Positions 8,675 to 18,554 of a stretch of DNA of 53,798 nt are shown here, piece by piece (within the stretch, counting starts at the first letter, position 1; every line of letters begins with the position of its first letter). Below the pieces are notes generated by a model, which ran no database searches, had not been told where the DNA came from, and worked only from the letters and a program-made list of their open reading frames with translations. The DNA comes from Macrostomum lignano (Eukaryota), in NCBI GenBank assembly GCA_002269645.1, contig NIVC01001640.1:1-53798 (forward strand), in the 5' to 3' direction. The translations under genes and the position numbers were made by a program.

Positions 8675-9617
8675 AACCCCCCTTTTGGGATTTCCCCGAA
8701 CCGCTTTTGGTTAAAATTTATGCACCTGCGGGTTAGACAATATTTACTCTTTAGTCGGTGCGACATTATTTACGCGTCTGTTGCACCTGGGCGTTTGCCT
8801 ATAATCTGATTATACATGCGTGCCTGTATTATACAACTACACCTTATGCATGCCTTGTAAACCTGCTTTATACATTAATCCGATATGTATCGAAAGTACA
8901 CTTTGTAAACCTGCTGTGTGTATTTCCACCTATGTAGCGCCTACAGTACCTGCTTTGTCTATTTCTGCCCATACACCTACATTGTGTGTTTTTGCTGCTC
9001 ATATGCTCCAATATGTACATTTTAATATGCAATATGCGTCATTATTCACCTACCAATATGTTTTATCTACATTTTTATGTAAATATACTCAATTTCACCT
9101 ACTATAAGTAGTTTTCACTAGCCTAATATCGTTGACTACATATCGGGAGAGTGGTAGAGTGTACATATCGGTAGAGTGTACACTCGGGGTGCCTGCGGCT
9201 CGGTAGAGTGTACACTCGGGGTGCCTGCGGCTCGGTAGAGTGTACACTCGGGGTGCCTGCGGCATGGGCGTCTGCGGCATGGGCGTCTGCGGCATGGGCG
9301 TCTGCGGCATGGGCGCCTACGGCTCGGGAGGGTGCGCCTGCGGCTCGGGAGGGTGTACATATCGGGGTACATATCGGTAGGGTGGGCATACATATCGGTA
9401 GGTGCGCCTGCGGCTGGGGAGGGTCGCCGGTGGCTGGGGAGGGTCGCCTGCGGCTGGACGGCGCTTGGCGCCACGCGCCTGCGGCGCGCGCGCGCCGAGC
9501 GCCGATATCGATACGGGTATCGATCACCTAGTGATCGGGGCGCCAGCCAATGAGAGGCGAGGAGGGTTGACACCCACCTCACCTCCAAAATCGCGCCATC
9601 TGCCGTTGCTTAGTAGT
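8675..9617 (-). repeat. Right terminal inverted repeat (~0.94 kb)
   Basis: Reverse complement of 159-1090, apart from a few small indels and substitutions. Confidence 0.95.
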
Positions 9618-9623
9618 TAGGGA
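9618..9623. repeat. Right target-site duplication TAGGGA
   Basis: Immediately follows the terminal AGTAGT; identical to 153-158. Confidence 0.9.
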
Positions 9624-9745
9624 TATTGTAGGATAGGGATATTGTAGGATAGAGATATTGTAGGATAGGGATATTATAGGAATGGGATATCGTAGGATAG
9701 GGATATTATACGAATGGGATATCGGATAATGGAATGGGGTATGTG
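9618..9745. repeat. 16-bp minisatellite, right part
   Basis: GGGATATTGTAGGATA units, degenerating distally. Confidence 0.9.
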
Positions 9746-9782
9746 TATGATGAAATTTCATAGCTCATCTCACGCTCCGCAG

Positions 9783-12525
9783 TGGTGCAACAACACCTGT
9801 TGCAACCCCAGCACCTGCAAATTGGCCAGCGGGGCCGCCTGCGCCTCAGGCCAGTGCTGCAACCTCACCACCTGCAGCCTGAAGTCGCAGGGCGTCGTAT
9901 GTCGGCCAAGGAAGCGAGCCTGCGACCTTGAGGAGTACTGTAACGGGACCAGCGAATGGTGCCCGGAATTTGATGACTTCATGATTGACGGATCAGAGTG
10001 CCTCAACGGACAGGTGAGGAGATATTGGGACCAATGACCAAATGACTCAATGACCCACTGACCCATTGACCCAATGACCCATTGACCCAATGACCCAATG
10101 ACCCAATGACCCATTGACCCATTGACCCATTGACTCACTGTTGATCCAATGACCCATTGACTCAATCATTCCTTAACCCTATGGTTAATCAGTAAACAAA
10201 TCTGTGACCCTCTGAATCATGGGCCTTTGACTCAAGAACCGCAGTTGACCCACTGACCCTCAAGGCCTACTGCTTCAACGGCCGGTGCTCGGACCGCAAC
10301 ACCCGCTGCTCCATGATGTTCAACGCCTCGGATTTTCGGGCCGCCCCGGCCTTTTATTCCGAGGCCACCACTCAGGCATCGCAGCTGGGCTACTGCGACT
10401 ACAGCATGACCGGGATCAGCCCGCTCGCGTACAACTACACCGGCTGCAGTCACGAGTGAGCTAGGGATCGAGATGGGGAGGTGGTAAATCCCAAATTCAT
10501 CAATTCAAAATCCCAAAATCATCCATCCTAAACCCCAGAATCATCAATCCCAAACCACTGAATCATCAATCCCAAACCCCAGAATCATCAATCCCAAACC
10601 ACTGAATCATCAATCCCAAACCCCAGAATCATCAATTCCAAACCCCAGAATCATCAATCCCAAACCCCAAAATCATCAATCCCAAACCCCCAGAATCATC
10701 AATCTGAAACCCAAAATCATCTATCCCAAACCCCAGAATCATCAATCCCAAACCCCAGAATCATCAATCCGAAACCCCAGAATCATCAATCCGAAACCCC
10801 AGAATCATCAATCCGAAACCCCAGAATCATCAATTCCAAACCCCAGAATCATCAATCCGAAACCCCAGAATCATCAATCCCAAACCCCAGAATCATCAAT
10901 CCGAAACCCCAGAATCATCAATCCCAAACCACTGAATCATCAATCCCAAACCCGAAAATCATCAATCCCAAACCCCAGAATCATCAATCCCAAACCCCAG
11001 AATCATCAATCCCAAACCCCTAGAATCATCAATCCCAAACCCCAAATTTATCAATCCCAAACCCCAGAATCATCAATCCGAAACCCCAGAATCATCAATC
11101 CCAAACCCCAGAATCATCAATCCCAAACCCCAGAATCATCAATCCCAAACCCCAGAATCATCAATCCCAAACCCCAGAATCATCAATCCCAAACCCCAGA
11201 ATCATCAATCCCAATTGGTATATTATTTTTATTAATCCTATTCGTCTATCCTAAATCCCATTTTATTAATCCTTAATTCAACTTCTCCGTGAAATGACCA
11301 ACTCAAACTGCTCCGTCCCCCCAGAAACCAACGCTGCGGATTGCTGTATTGCACGTCAAATATCGCCTCAGGCGACCCAATTCCGGTGTGGCAAGGCGCC
11401 AACCTCGCCGACGCCAAGGTGTTCGAGGGCAGCGTGAACTCCACTAACGTGATCGCCGCTTTTATGCAGCTGGACTTGCGCAGCTCCGGCTACCGGGACC
11501 CTGGGCTCGTTCCCAATGGCGCCGAATGCGGAACCGGACGGGTGGGTGCTCCGGTATTTAATAGAGTGCACTTATTAAATTATTCGCACTTAGCCGGGTT
11601 GCTTCGGGGCTGAAATATTTCAGGCGTGAATCACATGAGCCCCAGGACCGATTTTCGTGCCCTTTCTCGGGGGGGGGGTCAGCGGGAAGGGCTTGACTGA
11701 GTTCTGATATTTCAATTCCCAACTCGCAACTATTTTCCAGATGTGCGTCGACTCCCAGTGCGTGGCCATCAACACCACGCGCTGCCCGAACTGCAATGGC
11801 AACGGCTGGTGCACGCAGAGCGGCCAGTGCTTCTGCAGTCCGGGCTTCGCTCCGCCGAGCTGCCTGCAGGCTGGAACGGGCGGCTCCATGACCAACCATC
11901 CGCCTTGTGAGTTTTTTACCTGCTAGTGTATTGACTGGATATTTGTTCTCTGCCGCGAGTTTACTCAACAGCGGCGGGTTTGAAAATTGTTTTAATTGCA
12001 GTTCCTGCGACTTCGACATCAACAACAACAACCACGCCAACAACAACCACGCCAACAACAACCACGCCAACAACAACCACTCCAACAACGCTCGCTCCGA
12101 CAAAAACCACTCCAACAACGACCACTCCAACAACAACCACTCCAACAACAACCACTCCAACAACAACCACCCCCACAACAACCACTCCAACAACAACCAC
12201 GCCAACAACAACCACCCCCACAACAACCACTCCAACAACAACCACTCCAACAACAACCACTCCAACAACAACCACTCCAACAACAACCACGCCAACAACA
12301 ACCACGCCAACAACAACCTCGCCAACAACAACCACTCCAACAACAACCACTCCAACAACAACCACTCCAACGACAACCACTCCGACGATAACGACGCCAA
12401 CAACTCTGACAACAACAACGAACAACGTCATCTGGCCTCGAGAAGCTTCCCAACGCAGATGTAGCCTAGCGCTGTCCCTGCTGTTGCCTTCACTCACTGT
12501 ACTCCTAGCAGCTTGTTTTTCATAA
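9783..12525 (+). CDS. 3' portion of an ADAM-family gene (disintegrin, Cys-rich, EGF-like, Thr/Pro mucin stalk, hydrophobic C-terminus); exons 9783-10013, 10265-10455, 11325-11541, 11741-11906, 12002-12525; 5' exons lie upstream of the window
   Basis: CCNPSTCKL...CASGQCC...CRPRKRACDLEEYCNGTSEWCP (disintegrin); AYCFNGRC, RCGLLYC, DPGLVPNGAECGTGR|MC (ADAM Cys-rich); CNGNGWCTQSGQCFCSPGFAPPSC (EGF). Splice phases are consistent. Confidence 0.9.
10028..10170. repeat. 9-bp minisatellite (TGACCCAAT/TGACCCATT)
   Basis: Intronic tandem units. Confidence 0.85.
10485..11215. repeat. 22-bp minisatellite (CCCAAACCCCAGAATCATCAAT)n
   Basis: About 33 intronic tandem units. Confidence 0.95.
12020..12420 (+). 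repeat. Coding 15-bp repeat encoding (TTTTP)n mucin stalk
   Basis: ACAACAACCAC(T/G)CCA units in frame with the last ADAM exon. Confidence 0.85.
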
Positions 12526-13355
12526 AGCGTTGCTTCGTTTTTTCAAACATGTATCAACATGTATATTTTGCGATAACTGTCAAAATTTATATCATTTTTT
12601 TAAATTTCAACTGCGTGTCTTGCCTTGGTGGACAATTTGATGAAGAGATGCTGCCTTAATTGAGGGACTTGTTCCATTGCTCATTATGTTTTTTATTTGT
12701 TGTTCAGCATCATGAGGACAGAGTGAACCGTTTGTACAGCCCGAGACTTTTCAAATTAATTTATACTTCCTTAAACGGTCTGTTATTGATACTATGTAGC
12801 AGGTGAAATCGTCGGAAAAAATTTAAATAAAGTATAAACACTTCAATATTTATTTGTTTTAAATTGCCCAAACACGGCTCTAATTAGTGGTTTACTCAAG
12901 ACGTTACCGAAGTTTTAAACAGTAAATTTGTAAATAGATCATGAGATTAAAATCAAATGTGTGGGCTCATTAAATTTTATATACAATTTAATTTTATGTA
13001 CCGCCATCGATTGAGCCATCGAATCATGCGACTGATGTAAAATAAATTACAAAGTATTGATAACTTGTACTATTTGCGTGTTGCTAGATCAAGCAAAGAC
13101 TGGTTTCAATGACGTAACAACGACTGCGCCAACAACCAACAACCAGCAATCAAACAAACAATCAAGCCGACAAGTTCACCAGCAACGACAACCACCCAAA
13201 ACAACTTTCGTGCCTACGACGACCTCGTCAACGGGAACCATCTTTGGCGTCGCCTTGTGTGAATTTTACCACGGCGTTTACTCTAGGACCCAACGGGAGT
13301 GGGAGTACATATTCTCATGCTGGAATATCCCGATGGTTCTAGTCAAAAGTCTAGC

Positions 13356-15275
13356 TCAAAGTTCACAGTTGGTAGCAACTTTTTTAAACGCGTGCCTCAA
13401 ACAGTTCTGTATGCAACAGGTGGTGGCACCGCAGTGACCATCGGTTTTGCCGCACTCGGTCCCGAACCGGGGCAGCGCTCTGCTCAGCAGCACAGGCTTC
13501 TGCCTCCTAGTCCGAAAGCGTCTGCGCAGCAGAAAGCCCAGCGTGGCGTACTGCTGCGACCACACAGTTCCCACTATGTCTCGGCGGAGTTCGAAGTTCT
13601 CGTGCAGCACGCTGATCTGCTGGGTCAGTAGGGCGATGCCGAAGTTCAGGATGAACACGGCCACGAGCAGGAACACTATGACCTGCGGCCACAGCGCAAC
13701 GTAGTCGCCGATGCCGGGAAAGCTAGCAAAGCTGAATGCGTAGCGGAAAGACCGGCCAAGGTACTCTATGACGCAGACCAGTGAGTAGTTGGAGCACTCG
13801 ATAAAAGGCTGGCTGAGAAGCAACGTTGAGCAAACCAGAGTTACTGGCACAACAGTTAAGAGCACCAGCTTCATGGACACACTCATGCAAAAAAGTAAGT
13901 TTAGGAACACTTGGTAGTGACCGGCCATGTTGGATACAAAGAAAAGTTCCAACATGCAAGTAAAGTAGTAGTTCAAGGCTACTGCGACTTGAAGACGAGT
14001 CGCTTCGACAAACAGGCGTCCATCTTGCTTAAAGTAGCTGCCGGAATCGCTGAAGATGTAAAGCTCCATGAAAATCATACAAACCTGCAGCATGTTGAAC
14101 AGAATCCCAAAGAATTCCATCACCAGACAACCTCGCATCGAGACGGCATCTGCAAGCCAGGTTAGAAACTTGGACCGAGTTCGCATTACCTGGAGCTGAA
14201 AGTGCGCATCAACAACGCGGGCTACGATCCAAGAGAGCCAGATTAGCAAGAAGAAGATTTGGAACGCGACTCGCACGTAGAACACGTATTTGAAAGCGGC
14301 GACAACAGACGGTGAGATGCCCTGCAGGTAGGACTGGTTCGAGTTCCCGCCGCTCGGAATGAACACCTGCACGCTGGAGTTGAATGTGCCCGCCGTGAAA
14401 ATTCGAACTGTCATCGTGCTCAACAGTGAAAAGTAAATCAAAATGTAGATGAACAGACTTATGAAGGCCACCGGCAAGGTCTGTTTCAGGTGGGCAACGC
14501 TGAGAAAATAGGCCTGCGCAACCGGGCTGTGATAGAAACAGATCAACTTCGCTGGAATAACTCCCCCAACCGCAGTCTGCGAAGACTTCAGAAACTGCAG
14601 GAACGGTGACTTGAGAAAGCGGTCCCCGTCGCTGGAGTAGAGGCTGAGGTCGACCTCCTCGACCAGCAGGCTCGGGTCGGTCGGATGCTCCCGCTCTCTG
14701 ATCAGGTATCCGGGCGCATTGGCGAACGCTGTCGCCAGGTGAAAGCAGTCCCTGGCCGCCGCGTACTCCAGCGGTGTCAGGCAGTCGGCCGTCGGCTCCT
14801 CGCTCAGCAGCCGAGCGCACGGGTCCGGATGCCGGCGCGACAGTCTGACGAAGAACCGAGCGAGCTGCGCCTCGTCAGCGGAGCAGGCCTGACTCGAGCA
14901 GCAAAAGTCCACCAGGAGGAACAGGGCGCAGCGGACGCGGTCCCACAGACCGAGGCTGTCGACCAGCTCGACGGCTCGGCTGGCCAGCTCGTCGTCCCGA
15001 CTGAGCAGCACGAGGCAGAACGGCGACAGCTTTGGACAGTCGTTTGCGTTGCCATCGGCGACCAGGTAGTCACAGAACTTGCATCCACTGTGGCGGAGCA
15101 GCTCAGCATTTTGCTGCAGCGCGTCGGCAAAACGGGAGAACTGCCCCGCGTAGAGCAGCCCCATGGCTTTGCGTGCGGTGCGGGCTGAATCCGACTCGTG
15201 CGCATCTTCCAATTGTTTCTGCTCGCCATCAGCGGCACCGGGGCCGCACCGGGGAATCAGTTTTTTTAGCTTCAT
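13356..15275 (-). CDS. Intronless divergent TRP (TRPV-like) cation channel, 639 aa
   Basis: Ankyrin-like LTPLEYAAARDCFHLA; about six hydrophobic segments; S6/TRP-helix-like VFILNFGIALLTQQI...VWSQQYATLGFLL (cf. TRPV LLNMLIALM...W..QRAITIL). Confidence 0.7.
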   Translation of the reverse strand: MKLKKLIPRCGPGAADGEQKQLEDAHESDSARTARKAMGLLYAGQFSRFADALQQNAELLRHSGCKFCDYLVADGNANDCPKLSPFCLVLLSRDDELASRAVELVDSLGLWDRVRCALFLLVDFCCSSQACSADEAQLARFFVRLSRRHPDPCARLLSEEPTADCLTPLEYAAARDCFHLATAFANAPGYLIREREHPTDPSLLVEEVDLSLYSSDGDRFLKSPFLQFLKSSQTAVGGVIPAKLICFYHSPVAQAYFLSVAHLKQTLPVAFISLFIYILIYFSLLSTMTVRIFTAGTFNSSVQVFIPSGGNSNQSYLQGISPSVVAAFKYVFYVRVAFQIFFLLIWLSWIVARVVDAHFQLQVMRTRSKFLTWLADAVSMRGCLVMEFFGILFNMLQVCMIFMELYIFSDSGSYFKQDGRLFVEATRLQVAVALNYYFTCMLELFFVSNMAGHYQVFLNLLFCMSVSMKLVLLTVVPVTLVCSTLLLSQPFIECSNYSLVCVIEYLGRSFRYAFSFASFPGIGDYVALWPQVIVFLLVAVFILNFGIALLTQQISVLHENFELRRDIVGTVWSQQYATLGFLLRRRFRTRRQKPVLLSRALPRFGTECGKTDGHCGATTCCIQNCLRHAFKKVATNCEL

Positions 15276-15849
15276 CTGCTGTTCTGTAATCCGCTGTTCC
15301 GTATGAGCTGCGATTCGATTCTGAAAAAGCTCTGCGACTTGATAGCCAGTCGGATTGAGCTTAGATTAAATACTGACAAGAGGGTGTTTGCTCAGCCTAC
15401 CTGTAATCTACCTGCATTGATATGAGCCAGGTATGGACGGTCGCATTTCCGTTTACCCGGGGGCACAGCTAAGTATGCTCCGGACAGTTGCTACTCTTGG
15501 ACAAATTCAACCTGAGTCTAGTGTAATTCAAACACTGGGCTTGCTGCGGGGCAAATTAATTGTGGACATTTCTAATCGCTGTATTGGCAAACCTGCATCC
15601 GAAACCGAAACCGTGGCAGCATCAATACCTGTCATCTCTGGAACTGCATCTTCCTGTCTCTGTCATCCAATCTGACAGATTGGCAAACTGAAACTGCGAC
15701 TGTACCTCGTATTTAATCAATTCTGATAGGATTTTATAGGATTTTCTCATAGCGTCGAATGGCTGGCTGAAGAGCAGTGCAGCTTGTCAGTGAATGAATC
15801 GGTGAGCACTCATTTAGCATTAGCTAGACAGCCATATTGGCGTCAGTTG

Positions 15850-16210
15850 TGAGGTGACGGTTGATTGGTTTGTGAGCTGGGTAACTGTGGGGGGGGGTTG
15901 TTTGCTTAACTTCGCTTGGTCACTTTGTTTGCAACTTGCGATCTGCGTGAAATAGCTTAAATATTGTAAATATTGAATTTAACTTATGCACTGGCACTGT
16001 AAGTGGAGAGGGTAAAAATGGTAGAGACTTAACGGGCGGGGCAATGGCTAGTGCAGTGATGCACATTGAACAGAGTAGAGTACGCATAGAGTACACAATG
16101 ATTTAGTGAGTACACGCAGATCGCAGTGGCAAACAAAGTGACTAAGCGAAGTTAAGCAAACAAAGCCCTCCACAGTTACCCAACTCACAAACCAATCAAC
16201 CGTCACCTCA
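15850..16210. mobile_element. Foldback/MITE-like element with ~100-bp imperfect inverted arms (15850-15949 and 16113-16210)
   Basis: TGAGGTGACGGTTGATTGGTTTGTGAG... is matched by ...CTCACAAACCAATCAACCGTCACCTCA; no clear TSD. Confidence 0.6.
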
Positions 16211-16474
16211 AGTGCGCCTCGTTCCTACCAGACAGAATTTCATGAAGATGTCTCAAGTTGTGCCGACTGCATCCAGTTCAACTGCTCCTGCTGCTGCTGC
16301 TGAATGTCATGGTGTATCGATGCCCTGTGCAGCCTGAGTTCTCGCTTATGTACGTAGCGCCCTATACCAGCTTGGACTATGAGCAGCTTTGGGGAGCTGC
16401 TAAGTCAGCTTGTGAATTCTTCCGAGACCTGAAGGAAAATGGTCACCCCATCAATGTTGCTCTGTTTGAAAGGG

Positions 16475-16965
16475 AATTCTATGGGAAAGGGTTTCGGATT
16501 CTATGGGAAAGGGTCCAGGATTCTATGGGAAAAGGGTCCAGGATTCCATGGGAAAAGGGTCCAGGATTCTACGGGAAAGGGTCCAGGATTTCATTGGAAA
16601 AGGGTCCAGGATTCCATGGGAAAAGGGTCCAGGATTCCATTGGAAAAGGGTCCAGGATTCCATGGGAAAGGGTCCAGGATTTTATGTGAAAGGGTCCAGG
16701 ATTCCATGGGAAAGGGTCCAGGATTCTATGTGAAAGGGTCCAGGATTCCATGGGAAAGGGTCCAGGATTCTATGGGAAAGGGTCCAGTATTCCATGGGAA
16801 AGGGTCCAGGATTCTATGGGAAAGGGTCCAGTATTCCATGGGAAAAGGGTCCAGGATTCCATGGGAAAGGGTCCAGGATTCTATGTGAAAGGGTCCAGGA
16901 TTCCATGGGAAAGGGTCCAGGATTCTATGGGAAATGGTCCAGGATTCTATGGGAAAGGGTCCAAA
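16475..16965. repeat. 20/21-bp minisatellite (GGGTCCAGGATTCYATGGGAAA)n
   Basis: Tandem units read directly. Confidence 0.95.
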
Positions 16966-17342
16966 CGTCAGCACAAAATTTCTAAGAATCTTTAGCAAGA
17001 TTTCAGTTCTCCCTGCTGAAGAGTTTAGCGCTGCAGCTAATAATGAGCAAACTTTACCAACAGACATGCATCTACAGTGTAAGATAAGATAACGTCCCGC
17101 TAGAGGCTGCGGCACCTTTGAACTCGACAAAACTTACGACACTGCAGATTGCAATGACCAGTAGGCAGTCGTATTCTCTATTCGCAGGAGATTAACAGTG
17201 CCACCACTCTGTATTAAATCTCGTCCCAATGACGCGTTTCCATGGATACACAGCTAGTTCTGCATGCTCGCAAAGGCTGTCAGCTGCAATATCGTATTTT
17301 TAAATGAATTTGTTTGTTGTAGATTTGCGGTTGAAGAAAACA

Positions 17343-17791
17343 GCACAAATACTAGAATAACTAGATGGGCTACTTAGCACATTTGCGTGTAAGCTACTTC
17401 AGTTCAGTAGTAAGTTTAACAGAAGCATTTTAATTTAAATGTTTAAAGCCAAGACTCATTAATTGGCTCTTACCCCCAGCTTAAACCCTTCAACCGCGCC
17501 TTTCCACACTACGGCTTTCTACGCTTGCCCCGCTCCAATTTTTATTGCCTCTCTCGGAATTCCAGACAAAAGCAGCCATGTACATTTGAGCGGACTGGCC
17601 TATGTACATTACTGCTGAACCAATTAGCAAGTTGTTTACGCCTGCTTCTAAACTTATCGAAGTCATTTCAGCTGCCTTTATTTTTATAAATTAGCTTATG
17701 TATTCTTCTTTGCTACTGAAATGAAAGTAGAAAGCTGCTTTACTAAGTATATATGCGCGAGTGGCCCATCTAGTTAATTTAGTATCTGTGC
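17343..17791. mobile_element. Possible MITE with ~32-bp imperfect TIRs
   Basis: GCACAAATACTAGAATAACTAGATGGGCTACT versus the reverse complement of 17760-17791, GCACAGATACTAAATTAACTAGATGGGCCACT. Confidence 0.45.
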
Positions 17792-18554
17792 GGCCAACAT
17801 TGACACCCCATTTTCCCTAGGTGGGGTGTCTGCCATCGTCTCGGCAATCTTTCTGGTCTGGCAAACCGGAGCGTTCGGACTAATCAGCTGACATCTCTCT
17901 GACCCTCTTACTCTCTCGCGCTCGCACTGATTGGCTTACGACCCCTTGTAAGCCAATCTTCTCCCCACTGTGTGCCCTGTGATTGGACCAGCCCAGACTC
18001 TGGCTGCCCAATCTGTCTTCAAGCCCAGACCGCCTCAGACCCGACTTCCATAAAATAGATGAAATAATCGCCAGTAAGAAGAGTTTAATAATACTAAAGA
18101 TTTATTAATATTTATTCTGCTTATGAATTATATAGTGTTTGTGTTGGATTATGACTTAAAACGCATGAAGTTCGAGATAAAAGAAAAGTCTGGCTGATGC
18201 TACTAATAGTAGAGCATACGAAAAATTTGTCTGTTCAGACAATTTGGGCTTTTGAGTTTCTTTGCGGGACAAAGCAAGAATGTTTTGATTTCAAACAATG
18301 TGATTGATTGGTAGCAAATTTTTGTACAATTTCTATAGCTATTGAATTCTGAATCAAAGGGGTGCAATCAGCAGATATTGTCATATTTTAAGCATTTTTC
18401 TAAACGATACATCGAGGCAAGTAGTAAGAAGCGCGCTTTGTGAGAATTTTTTGCATTGAAGAATTTTTTGTTATTTTTTAGTCGCCGTTTAGAGTGCATA
18501 TATAGTTGCTACAAAATCAATTAGATTGTACTTTTAGTTTGTCCTTCGGTTCGC

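Larger units (their letters stand above)
159..9617. mobile_element. Polinton/Maverick-related self-synthesizing element (pPolB + PC4-like + unknown ORF), no integrase or capsid genes
   Basis: Long TIRs; ends ACTACTAAGCAACGG...CCGTTGCTTAGTAGT; 6-bp TSD TAGGGA (153-158 and 9618-9623); protein-primed PolB motifs inside. Confidence 0.93.

Noticed and set aside
159-9617. Casposon, complete Polinton/adintovirus, bidnavirus segment or mitochondrial linear plasmid insertion
   Set aside because: No Cas1, integrase (DDE), jelly-roll capsid, Walker-A ATPase, NS1 or RNA polymerase is visible. Spliceosomal introns and a clean 6-bp TSD argue against a passive viral or organellar insertion.
9617-9622. Telomeric TTAGGG at the right junction
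   Set aside because: A single hexamer created by the terminal T plus the TSD; no telomeric array.
11558-12497. Alternative-frame and antisense ORFs (poly-N/H, poly-Q, poly-V/G, LLLEW) over the ADAM last exon
   Set aside because: By-products of the 15-bp repeat; only the Thr/Pro frame fits the upstream splice phase.
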